Shown: positions 21,401 through 24,865 of the stretch, one piece after another
Position numbering within the stretch: position 1 is the stretch's first letter
Layout: the number at the start of each line of letters is the position of its first letter
Program-made: the position numbers and the translations under genes
Source of the DNA: Rebecca billardiae RCC1528
Taxonomy: Eukaryota; Protista; Haptophyta
Assembly: GCA_965240325.2 (NCBI GenBank)
Contig: OZ251233.1
Location: 1,426,001-1,490,000 of the forward strand
Direction of reading: 5' to 3'
Length of the DNA stretch: 64,000 bases
Notes under the pieces: generated by a model
What the model was told of the DNA's origin: nothing
Databases searched by the model: none
Seen by the model: only the letters and a program-made list of their open reading frames with translations

Positions 21401-24099
21401 GGGCTGGGCGGCGGGCTCGGCGGTGGCGATGGTGGTGGGCTCGGTGGCGGGCTGGGCGGAGGACTCGGAGGAGGGCTCGGCGGTGGGCTCGGCGGCGGTG
21501 ACGGTGGCGGAGACGGTGGTGGACTCGGCGGCGGGCTCGGCGGCGGAGGCGACGGTGGTGGGCTCGGTGGAGGGCTCGGTGGTGGCGACGGTGGTGGCGA
21601 TGGCGGCGGGCTCGGTGGTGGCGACGGTGGTGGGCTCGGTGGTGGGCTCGGTGGTGGCGGGCTCGGCGGTGGGCTCGGCGGTGGGCTCGGCGGCGGCGAT
21701 GGTGGCGGGCTCGGCGGTGGGCTCGGTGGCGGGGAGGGCGGTGGGCTCGGAGGCGGGCTGGGTGGCGGGCTGGGTGGCGGGCTCGGTGGCGGCGATGGTG
21801 GCGGGCTAGGCGGTGGTGGCGACGGTGGCGGGCTCGGCGGCGGGCTCGGCGGCGGGCTGGGAGGTGGGCTGGGAGGCGGGCTCGGGGGCGGCGACGGCGG
21901 TGGGCTCGGTGGCGGGCGTGGTGGCGGGCTGGGCGGTGGGCTTGGTGGCGGGCTCGGTGGAGGTGGCGACGGTGGCGGGCTCGGCGGCGGGCTCGGCGGC
22001 GGCGACGGAGGTGGGCTCGGAGGCGGGCTGGGCGGCGGAGCGGGCGGTGGGCTCGGCGGCGGGCTCGGCGGCGGTGGTGAGGGTGGAGGACTAGGCGGCG
22101 GCGATGGCGGCGGGCTAGGCGGCGGGCTGGGCGGCGGCGGCGAGGGTGGCGGGCTCGGCGGCGGTGAAGGCGGTGGACTGGGCGGCGGCGAGGGCGGTGG
22201 GCTGGGCGGTGGCGGGCTCGGCGGTGGCTTCGGCGGTGGAGGCGATGGCGGGGGGCTCGGCGGGGGGCTGGGAGGCGGCGACGGCGGCGGGCTCGGCGGT
22301 GGAGACGGTGGCGGGCTTGGTGGCGGGCTGGGCGGCGGCGATGGCGGCGGGCTCGGCGGTGGAGGGGACGGCGGCGGACTCGGCGGTGGGCTGGGTGGCG
22401 GCGACGGCGGCGGGCTGGGCGGCGGAGGTGACGGTGGCGGGCTCGGCGGCGGGCTGGGCGGCGGGCTAGGTGGCGGGCTGGGCGGTGGTGACGGCGGTGG
22501 GCTGGGCGGCGGGCTGGGCGGCGGGGACGGCGGCGGGCTGGGCGGCGGGCTGGGCGGCGGGCTGGGCGGTGGAGCGGGCGGTGATGGGCTCGGCGGCGGG
22601 CTCGGCGGCGGGCTCGGGGGTGGTGGGGACGGCGGCGGGCTCGGTGGCGGCGAGGGTGGAGGCGAAGGCGGCGGGCTCGGAGGCGGGCTCGGAGGCGGCG
22701 ACGGTGGCGGGCTCGGAGGCGGGCTCGGCGGCGGGCTCGGCGGCGGTGACGGTGGCGGGCTCGGAGGCGGGCTCGGAGGCGGGCTCGGAGGCGGTGACGG
22801 TGGCGGACTTGGAGGTGGGCTTGGAGGCGGAGGCGACGGGGGCGGACTGGGAGGCGGCGAGGGTGGCGGGCTCGGCGGCGGCGAAGGCGGCGGGCTCGGC
22901 GGTGGCGAGGGCGGCGGGCTCGGAGGCGGAGGCGACGGGGGCGGGCTCGGAGGCGGCGAGGGAGGCGGGCTCGGCGGTGGCGAGGGCGGCGGGCTAGGCG
23001 GCGGCGATGGTGGCGGGCTCGGCGGCGGCGAAGGCGGTGGGCTGGGCGGCGGGCTGGGCGGCGGACCGGGCGGTGGTGACGGCGGCGGGCTGGGCGGTGG
23101 CGACGGCGGCGGGCTGGGTGGCGGGCTGGGCGGCGGCGACGGCGGCGGGCTGGGCGGCGGGCTGGGCGGCGGGCTGGGCGGTGGGGCGGGAGGTGATGGA
23201 GTCGGCGGCGGGCTCGGCGGCGGGCGCGGGGGCGGTGGGGACGGCGGCGGGCTTGGAGGCGGCGAGGGTGGAGGCGAAGGTGGCGGGCTCGGAGGCGGGC
23301 TCGGAGGCGGTGACGGTGGCGGGTTCGGAGGCGGGCTCGGAGGCGGGCTCGGAGGCGGCGAGGGAGGTGATGGGGTCGGCGGCGGGCTCGGCGGCGGGCT
23401 CGGGGGTGGTGGGGACGGCGGCGGGCTCGGAGGCGGCGAGGGTGGAGGCGAAGGTGGCGGGCTCGGAGGCGGGCTCGGAGGCGGCGAGGGAGGCGGGCTG
23501 GGCGGGGGCGAGGGCGGCGGGCTCGGCGGCGGGCTCGGCGGCGGGCTCGGTGGCGGGAACGGCGGCGGGCTCGGCGGTGGGAAGGGCTTGGCGAAATCCC
23601 ACGGGCAGCTCGAGATGGGCGTGGTGGGGTAGTATTCCGTCCCATCCGTGATGGTGTTGATCGTGAGTATTCTGTCCTTGGTGCCATCCACGATCGTACA
23701 CATGGTGAAGCCACCGCCTTGGGCGGTGTCATCGAAGGTGCCTAAAGATAATACCTCGTCCGTCGCGCCGCCGCCACACCCGGACTCGTACGCGACTGCG
23801 ACCGAGTCGTCGCCGTCCATTGCATCCACGACGATGTTTGACAATCCATCCGTGTCGCGCAGATTCTGCACGTAGGCGTCTGTGGGCAGGTCCTTGTCGA
23901 TGAGGTAGGTGCATTCGCCAGCGTTCAACCGCTGATTTCGCAGCGAGTTGGCGGTCCCATACGAGCCTGCGCCAGACGTGGGCACCGTATACACCTGTAT
24001 GGTGTCGAGCTGAATGCACCCGCCGTTGGAGCACACGCGCATGTACGAGTTGACGCCGTTCGGGTCAAAGTAGACGACCGAAAGGAAAAGCGTACCCAT
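1..24099 (-). CDS. Giant (>8,033 aa, 3' end beyond window) proline-rich surface/extracellular glycoprotein: LTD-like head + (SPPP)n stalk + >=40 tandem SEA-like modules
   Basis: ATG at 24099-24097 (MGTLFLSVVYFDPNGVNSYMRVCSNGG...), with an in-frame stop ~35 nt upstream. The ORF track lists no minus ORF in this frame, which fits an ORF with no stop before position 1. Both repeat periods (1692 and 1563 bp) are multiples of 3. The translation is protein-like (globular modules with Pro-rich linkers), whereas the other frames give Arg/Gly/Ala shadows. Confidence 0.92.
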   Translation of the reverse strand, partial: MGTLFLSVVYFDPNGVNSYMRVCSNGGCIQLDTIQVYTVPTSGAGSYGTANSLRNQRLNAGECTYLIDKDLPTDAYVQNLRDTDGLSNIVVDAMDGDDSVAVAYESGCGGGATDEVLSLGTFDDTAQGGGFTMCTIVDGTKDRILTINTITDGTEYYPTTPISSCPWDFAKPFPPPSPPPFPPPSPPPSPPPSPPPSPPPSPPPSPPPSPPPSPPPSPPPSPPPSPPPSPPPPSPPPSPPPTPSPPSPPPSPPPSPPPNPPPSPPPSPPPSPPPSPPPSPPPSPPPSPPPPRPPPSPPPTPSPPAPPPSPPPSPPPSPPPSPPPSPPPSPPPSPPPSPPPSPPPGPPPSPPPSPPPSPPPSPPPSPPPSPPPSPPPSPPPSPPPSPPPSPPPPSPPPSPPPSPPPSPPPSPPPSPPPSPPPSPPPPSPPPSPPPSPPPSPPPSPPPSPPPSPPPSPPPSPPPSPPPSPPPSPPPSPPPSPPPSPPPSPPPSPPPPSPPPSPPPSPSPPAPPPSPPPSPPPSPPPSPPPSPPPSPPPSPPPSPPPSPPPSPPPSPPPSPPPPSPPPSPPPSPPPSPPPSPPPPSPPPSPPPSPPPSPPPSPPPSPPPSPPPSPPPSPPPSPPPPKPPPSPPPPSPPPSPPPSPPPSPPPSPPPSPPPPSPPPSPPPSPPPSPPPSPPPPSPPPSPPPAPPPSPPPSPPPSPPPSPPPSPPPSPPPPSPPPSPPPSPPPRPPPSPPPSPPPSPPPSPPPSPPPSPPPSPPPSPPPPSPPPSPPPSPPPSPPPSPPPSPPPSPPPSPPPSPPPSPPPSPPPSPPPSPPPPSPPPSPPPSPPPSPPPSPPPSPPPSPPPSPPPSPPPPSPPPSPPPSPPPSPPPSPPPSPPPSPPPSPPPSPPPSPPPSPPPSPPPSPPPPSPPPSPPPSPPPSPPPSPPPSPPPTPPPSPPPSPPPSPPPSPPPSPPPSPPPSPPPSPPPSPPPSPPPPSPPPSPPPSPPPSPPPSPPPSPPPSPPPSPPPSPPPSPPPSPPPSPPPSPPPSPPPSPPPSPPPPSPPPSPPPSPPPSPPPSPPPSPPPSPPPSPPPSPPPSPPPSPPPSPPPSPPPSPPPSPPPSPPPPSPPPSPPPSPPPSPPPSPPPSPPPSPPPSPPPSPPPPSPPPSPPPSPPPSPPPSPPPSPPPSPPPSPPPSPPPSPPPSPPPSPPPSPPPPSPPPSPPPSPPPSPPPSPPPSPPPSPPPSPPPSPPPSPPPSPPPSPPPSPPPSPPPSPPPSPPPSPPPPSPPPSPPPSPPPSPPPSPPPSPPPSPPPSPPPSPPPSPPPSPPPSPPPSPPPSPPPSPPPSPPPPSPPPSPPPSPPPSPPPSPPPSPPPSPPPSPPPSPPPSPPPSPPPSPPPSPPPSPPPSPPPSPPPPSPPPSPPPSPPPSPPPSPPPSPPPSPPPRPPPSPPPSPPPSPPPSPPPSPPPSPPPSPPPSPPPPSPPPSPPPSPPPSPPPSPPPSPPPSPPPSPPPSPPPSPPPSPPPSPPPSPPPSPPPRPPPSPPPSPPPSPPPSPPPSPPPSPPPTPPPSPPPSPPPSPPPSPPPSPPPSPPPSPPPSPPPSPPPSPPPSPPPSPPPSPPPSPPPSPPPSPPPSPPPSPPPSPPPSPPPSPPPSPPPSPPPSPPPSPPPSPPPSPPPSPPPSPPPSPPPSPPPSPPPSPPPSPPPSPPPSPPPSPPPSPPPSPPPSPPPSPPPSPPPSPPPSPPPSPPPSPPPSPPPSPPPSPPPSPPPSPPPSPPPSPPPSPPPSPPPSPPPSPPPSPPPSPPPSPPPSPPPSPPPSPPPSPPPSPPPSPPPSPPPSPPPSPPPSPPPSPPPSPPPSPPPSPPPSPPPSPPPSPPPSPPPSPPPSPPPSPPPSPPPSPPPSPPPSPPPSPPPSPPPSPPPSPPPSPPPSPPPSPPPSPPPSPPPSPPPSPPPSPPPSPPPSPPPSPPPSPPPSPPPSPPPSPPPSPPPSPPPSPPPVPPPSPPPSPPPSPPPSPPPSPPPSPPPSPPPSPPPSPPPSPPPSPPPSPPPSPPPSPPPSPPPSPPPSPPPSPPPSPPPSPPPSPPPSPPPSPPPSPPPSPPPSPPPSPPPSPPPSPPPSPPPSPPPSPPPSPPPSPPPSPPPSPPPSPPPSPPPSPPPSPPPSPPPSPPPSPPPSPPPSPPPSPPPSPPPSPPPSPPPSPPPSPPPSPPPSPPPSPPPSPPPSPPPSPPPSPPPSPPPSPPPSPPPSPPPSPPPSPPPSPPPSPPPSPPPSPPPSPPPSPPPSPPPSPPPKPPPSPPPKPPPVPPPSPPPSPPPSPPPISPPSPPPSPPPSPPPSPPPSPPPSPPPPSPPPSPPPNPPPSPPPSPPPSPPPIQPPTPPPSPPPPRPPPSPPPSPPPGLPPRPPPPRLPPAPPPAPPPSPPPMPPPWSPPPATPDSPPPVPPAAPPVPPPSPPPRPLPSPPPSPPPPPRTEPLPPPAPPSPPPSPPPPPPPSQPPRPPPTSPPRPPPSAPPHQPPPPRTEPLPPPLPPAPPPQPPSSSPPLPPPLPSMPPPPPRRPPPSPPPSPPDPPPAPPSPPPATGSSVFALTLDMSAAEFVPESGDMLSALAAQLGVDASRLSLAGVTTNADGTIAVSIRVTTDADAGEEPVQAVSALTPGVSPTSPSSLAELSTILGVPVVEDPSSRTPPSPPPSPPLPPADLESPFVLSVEMSADDFDAASAALLDALAAELGVHADRLSVSGTTEGEDGVLEVVFTLTTAEGEAVVEPVSVLTPGGTDGSTSSLEELSAQLGVPLAGAARAHVPPSPPPAPSSPPSPPDPPSPLPMPPPSPLSPPLPPSPPPGGGSSIVSNQYVSLTLDVSEAEFTAASDAVRTAIAAELGIAPERVVVESVGTNTDGSVSVAFKLTTSPLLGEVPVVDPVGVLTPGATEASPASLEELSASLGVSVLTSPHAHVPPSPPPSPPSLPSPPPSPPAAPSAPPPPPSPPSPPPGSGGSVQYVALTLNVTSAQFDGATESVLAALAAQLGVDASQLAVERTVETGSGLLDVVITVRTDSTSGDVVVDAVTALTPGATPDSPTDLAELSRALGVPVVEPVRSHTPPSPPPPPPSPMRSPPPSPPRCPPPSPPPSPPDPPPAPPSPPPATGSSVFALTLDMSAAEFVPESGDMLSALAAQLGVDASRLSLAGVTTNADGTIAVSIRVTTDADAGEEPVQAVSALTPGVSPTSPSSLAELSTILGVPVVEDPSSRTPPSPPPSPPLPPADLESPFVLSVEMSADDFDAASAALLDALAAELGVHADRLSVSGTTEGEDGVLEVVFTLTTAAGETVVEPVSVLTPGGTDGSTSSLEELSAQLGVPLAGAARAHVPPSPPPAPSSPPSPPDPPLPLPMPPPSPPSPPLPPSPPPGGGSSIVSNQYVSLTLDVSEAEFTAASDAVRTAIAAELGIAPERVVVESVGTNTDGSVSVEFKLTTSPLLGEVPVVDPVGVLTPGATEASPASLEELSASLGVSVVTSPHAHVPPSPPPSPPSLPSPPPSPPAPPSAPPPPPSPPSSPPGSDGSVQYVALTLNVTSAQFDGATESVLAALAAQLGVDASQLAVERTVETGSGLLDVVITVRTDSTSGDVVVDAVTALTPGATPDSPTDLAELSRALGVPVVEPVRSHTPPSPPPPPPSPMRSPPPSPPRRPPPSPPPSPPDPPPAPPSPPPATGSSVFALTLDMSAAEFVPESGDMLSALAAQLGVDASRLSLAGVTTNADGTIAVSIRVTTDADAGEEPVQAVSALTPGVSPTSPSSLAELSTILGVPVVEDPSSRTPPSPPPSPPLPPADLESPFVLSVEMSADDFDAASAALLDALAAELGVHADRLSVSGTTEGEDGVLEVVFTLTTAEGETVVEPVSVLTPGGTDGSTSSLEELSAQLGVPLAGAARAHVPPSPPPAPSSPPSPPDPPLPLPMPPPSPPSPPLPPSPPPGGGSSIVSNQYVSLTLDVSEAEFTAASDAVRTAIAAELGIAPERVVVESVGTNTDGSVSVAFKLTTSPLLGEVPAVDPVGVLTPGATEASPASLEELSASLGVSVLTSPHAHVPPSPPPSPPSLPSPPRSPPAAPSAPPPPPSPPSPPPGSDGSVQYVALTLNVTSAQFDGATESVLAALAAQLGVDASQLAVERTVETGSGLLDVVITVRTVSASGDVVVDAVTALTPGATPDSPTDLAELSRALGVPVVEPVRSHTPPSPPPPPPSPMRSPPPSPPRRPPPSPPPSPPDPPPAPPSPPPATGSSVFALTLDMSAAEFVPESGDMLSALAAQLGVDASRLSLAGVTTNADGTIAVSIRVTTDADAGEEPVQAVSALTPGVSPTSPSSLAELSTILGVPVVEDPSSRTPPSPPPSPPLPPADLESPFVLSVEMSADDFDAASAALLDALAAELGVHADRLSVSGTTEGEDGVLEVVFTLTTAEGETVVEPVSVLTPGGTDGSTSSLEELSAQLGVPLAGAARAHVPPSPPPAPSSPPSPPDPPLPLPMPPPSPPSPPLPPSPPPGGGSSIVSNQYVSLTLDVSEAEFTAASDAVRTAIAAELGIAPERVVVESVGTNTDGSVSVEFKLTTSPLLGEVPVVDPVGVLTPGATEASPASLEELSASLGVSVVTSPHAHVPPSPPPSPPSLPSPPPSPPAPPSAPPPPPSPPSSPPGSDGSVQYVALTLNVTSAQFDGATESVLAALAAQLGVDASQLAVERTVETGSGLLDVVITVRTDSTSGDVVVDAVTALTPGATPDSPTDLAELSRALGVPVVEPVRSHTPPSPPPPPPSPMRSPPPSPPRRPPPSPPPSPPDPPPAPPSPPPATGSSVFALTLDMSAAEFVPESGDMLSALAAQLGVDASRLSLAGVTTNADGTIAVSIRVTTDADAGEEPVQAVSALTPGVSPTSPSSLAELSTILGVPVVEDPSSRTPPSPPPSPPLPPADLESPFVLSVEMSADDFDAASAALLDALAAELGVHADRLSVSGTTEGEDGVLEVVFTLTTAEGETVVEPVSVLTPGGTDGSTSSLEELSAQLGVPLAGAARAHVPPSPPPAPSSPPSPPDPPSPLPMPPPSPPSPPLPPSPPPGGGSSIVSNQYVSLTLDVSEAEFTAASDAVRTAIAAELGIAPERVVVESVGTNTDGSVSVAFKLTTSPLLGEVPVVDPVGVLTPGATEASPASLEELSASLGVSVVTSPHAHVPPSPPPSPPSLPSPPPSPPAAPSPPPPPPSPPSPPPGSDGSVQYVALTLNVTSAQFDGATESVLAALAAQLGVDASQLAVERTLETGSGLLDVVITVRSDSASGDVVVDAVTALTPGATPDSPTDLAELSRALGVPVVEPVRSHTPPSPPPPPPSPMRSPPPSPPRRPPPSPPPSPPDPPPAPPSPPPATGSSVFALTLDMSAAEFVPESGDMLSALAAQLGVDASRLSLAGVTTNADGTIAVSIRVTTDADAGEEPVQAVSALTPGVSPTSPSSLAELSTILGVPVVDDPSSRTPPSPPPSPPLPPADLESPFVLSVEMSADDFDAASAALLDALAAELGVHADRLSVSGTTEGEDGVLEVVFTLTTAEGETVVEPVSVLTPGGTDGSTSSLEELSAQLGVPLAGAARAHVPPSPPPAPSSPPSPPDPPSPLPMPPPSPPSPPLPPSPPPGGGSSIVSNQYVSLTLDVSEAEFTAASDAVRTAIAAELGIAPERVVVESVGTNTDGSVSVAFKLTTSPLLGEVPVVDPVGVLTPGATEASPASLEELSASLGVSVLTSPHAHVPPSPPPSPPSLPSPPPSPPAAPSAPPPPPSPPSPPPGSDGSVQYVALTLNVTSAQFDGATESVLAALAAQLGVDASQLAVERTLETGSGLLDVVITVRSDSASGDAVVDAVTALTPGATPDSPTDLAELSRALGVPVVEPVRSHTPPSPPPPPPSPSPPPRFESESYALLQLDMSAAAFAAVSVRTSERLAAELGVDVSRVSIEAVLDGGGGLLGVVVKVTSDVSAGEPVLDVAALLTPGATPSSPTSLGALSTALGVPVRAVPRTHVPPSAPPVAPSPPPYPPPDFSSEQYVTLVLDTTESAFASAQASVLSAVAAQLGVDGSRVSVETSVAVDGGVSVVIKVTTDTVAGESGVDVVSVLTPGATSTSPSSLAELSAALGVVVQGAPTAHMPPSAPPPPPLPPSPPPGGGSSIVSNQYVSLTLDVSEAEFTAASDAVRTAIAAELGIAPERVVVESVGTNTDGSVSVAFKLTTSPLLGEVPVVDPVGVLTPGATEASPASLEELSASLGVSVLTSPHAHVPPSPPPSPPSLPSPPPSPPAAPSAPPPPPSPPSPPPGSDGSVQYVALTLNVTSAQFDGATESVLAALAAQLGVDASQLAVERTLETGSGLLDVVITVRSDSASGDAGVDAVTALTPGATPDSPTDLAELSRALGVPVVEPVRSHTPPSPPPPPPSPSPPPRFESESYALLQLDMSAAAFAAVSVRTSERLAAELGVDASRVSIEAVLDGGGGLLGVVVKVTSDVSAGEPVLDVAALLTPGATPSSPTSLGALSTALGVPVRAVPRTHVPPSAPPVAPSPPPYPPPDFSSEQYVTLVLDTTESAFASAQASVLSAVAAQLGVDGSRVSVETSVAVDGGVSVVIKVTTDTVAGESGVDVVSVLTPGATSTSPSSLAELSAALGVVVQGAPTAHMPPSAPPPPPLPPSPPPGGDSSIVSNQYVSLTLDVSEAEFTAASDAVRTAIAAELGIAPERVVVESVGTNTDGSVSVAFKLTTSPLLGEVPVVDPVGVLTPGATEASPASLEELSASLGVSVLTSPHAHVPPSPPPSPPSLPSPPPSPPAAPSAPPPPPSPPSPPPGSDGSVQYVALTLNVTSAQFDGATESVLAALAAQLGVDASQLAVERTLETGSGLLDVVITVRSDSASGDAGVDAVTALTPGATPDSPTDLAELSRALGVPVVEPVRSHTPPSPPPPPPSPSPPPRFESESYALLQLDMSAAAFAAVSVRTSERLAAELGVDASRVSIEAVLDGGGGLLGVVVKVTSDVSAGEPVLDVAALLTPGATPSSPTSLGALSTALGVPVRAVPRTHVPPSAPPVAPSPPPYPPPDFSSEQYVTLVLDTTESAFASAQASVLSAVAAQLGVDGSRVSVETSVAVDGGVSVVIKVTTDTVAGESGVDVVSVLTPGATSTSPSSLAELSAALGVVVQGAPTAHMPPSAPPPPPLPPSPPPGGGSSIVSNQYVSLTLDVSEAEFTAASNAVRTAIAAELGIAPERVVVESVGTNTDGSVSVVFKLTTSPLLDEVAVVDPVAALTPGATEASPASLEELSASLGVPVVTSPHAHVPPSPPPSPPSLPSPPPSPPAAPSAPPPPPSPPSSPPGSDGSVQYVALTLNVTSVQFDGATESVLAALAAQLGVDASQLAVERTLETGSGLLDVVITVRSDSASGDAVVDAVTALTPGATPDSPTDLAELSRALGVPVVEPVRSHTPPSPPPPPPSPSPPPRFEPESYALLQLDMSAAAFAAVSVRTSERLAAELGVDASRVSIEAVLDGGGGLLGVVVKVTSDVSAGEPVLDVAALLTPGATPSSPTSLGALSTALGVPVRAVPRTHVPPSAPPVAPSPPPYPPPDFSSEQYVTLVLDTTESAFASAQASVLSAVAAQLGVDGSRVSVETSVAVDGGVSVVIKVTTDTVAGESGVDVVSVLTPGATSTSPSSLAELSAALGVVVQGAPTAHMPPSAPPPPPLPPSPPPGGGSSIVSNQYVSLTLDVSEAEFTAASDAVRTAIAAELGIAPERVVVESVGTNTDGSVSVVFKLTTSPLLDEVAVVDPVAALTPGATEASPASLEELSASLGVPVLTSPHAHVPPSPPPSPPSLPSPPPSPPAAPSAPPPPPSPPSPPPGSDGSVQYVALTLNVTSVQFDGATESVLAALAAQLGVDASQLAVERTLETGSGLLDVVITVRSDSASGDAVVDAVTALTPGATPDSPTDLAELSRALGVPVVEPVRSHTPPSPPPPPPSPSPPPRFESESYALLQLDMSAAAFAAVSVRTSERLAAELGVDASR
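6420..16440 (-). repeat. Six tandem 1692-bp (564-aa) units, each with four ~95-aa modules A-B-C-D
   Basis: Equivalent ORF-track entries recur at 6856, 8548, 10240, 11932, 13624 and 15316 (period 1692). Module starts: A SSVFALTLDMSAAEF, B PFVLSVEMSADDF, C NQYVSLTLDVSEAEF, D QYVALTLNVTSAQF. Confidence 0.95.
16450..23585 (-). repeat. (Ser-Pro-Pro-Pro)n coding tandem repeat, extensin/pherophorin-like HRGP stalk (~2,370 aa; nearly pure SPPP from ~16950 to 23585)
   Basis: The plus strand reads (GGGL/GGGD/GGGE)n, the offset antisense of CCN CCN CCN AGC/TCN = PPPS. Synonymous third positions vary while the Pro/Ser pattern is kept. Confidence 0.95.
23585..24099 (-). other. N-terminal ~170-aa globular domain, lamin-tail-domain (LTD)-like
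   Basis: The pattern LFLSVVYFD...YMRVC...IQLDTIQVY...LNAGECTYLI...MDGDDSVAVAY resembles the LTD of extracellular proteins (LFISEY...IEIYN...L.PGE.YVI...FNGDDAV.L). Recognised by eye. Confidence 0.45.
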
Positions 24100-24865
24100 G
24101 GCGAGCCTCGCGCGACCTCGCTCGCGCGCTCGTCACGCGGCGCAGAAGCGCGGCAGGCTGCTGCCCGGCACTGCCTGCTCAGCAGGGGGTGCTCACGAGC
24201 AGCTTTCCAGAGCTTTCAGCCGTTGGTGGCCCTCCAGCGCGGAAGCGGGTGGGAACTGCCCAGGCCGCTCAATATTTTGCAGTTGGTTCAGGAAGGCAGG
24301 ATTCGTCAGTTTTCTATCATAGGCGGGACACTAATCCATAATCAAAACAGATCATATGGGGGTATCAAAAAGCTAAAATGTTTCCTCATGTGGGTAATAC
24401 GGGTTTTCATCGCGTACTAATTAGGAATCCGGCGTGGACGTCGCCGTTGATAATCTCCGCCCCGGTGGCGCCTGCGCTCAGTGGGCAGACACCCGCATCA
24501 ACCTGGCGAATTCGGCGCGGCGCGATAGCGGCTGTGTTACCGACAGGTCGCCGCTCGGCAGTGGCACTCGCCCGCCCGCCGCCGTGCACGGCGGCCGGGC
24601 CGCTCGCGCCGTGCGCTCCTGTGGCCGTCGACTCCGGGCTACGGAGGCGGCGCGGGGCGCGAGCCGTCGCAGGGCCATATGACGCCCCTCTCTGCGTCGC
24701 GCGCCTTCCTCGGCCTCGCATCATCCGCGCCTGGAAGCAGCACGCGCGTGCGCGCCACCGCAGAAAAGAAGCAGCGCAGGCCTGCGCTTCCGTGTGACGG
24801 CCGGGCGCGCGGCCGCGCGCGCCGCCATCATTATTTTTATAATACTGTATCGTCAAGCAATCGTC
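24100..24865. promoter_or_regulatory. Probable bidirectional promoter region between the giant HRGP gene and the glycosyltransferase gene
   Basis: 766-bp gap between two divergent ATGs, with a markedly AT-richer stretch at ~24270-24430 in otherwise GC-rich DNA. Confidence 0.45.

Noticed and set aside
16367-23632. 2421-aa poly-Gly (GGGL)n ORF on +, and the 2439-aa Arg-rich ORF on -
   Set aside because: Shadows of the (SPPP)n frame. The SPPP frame is continuous with a globular N-terminal domain and the downstream modules; these two are not.
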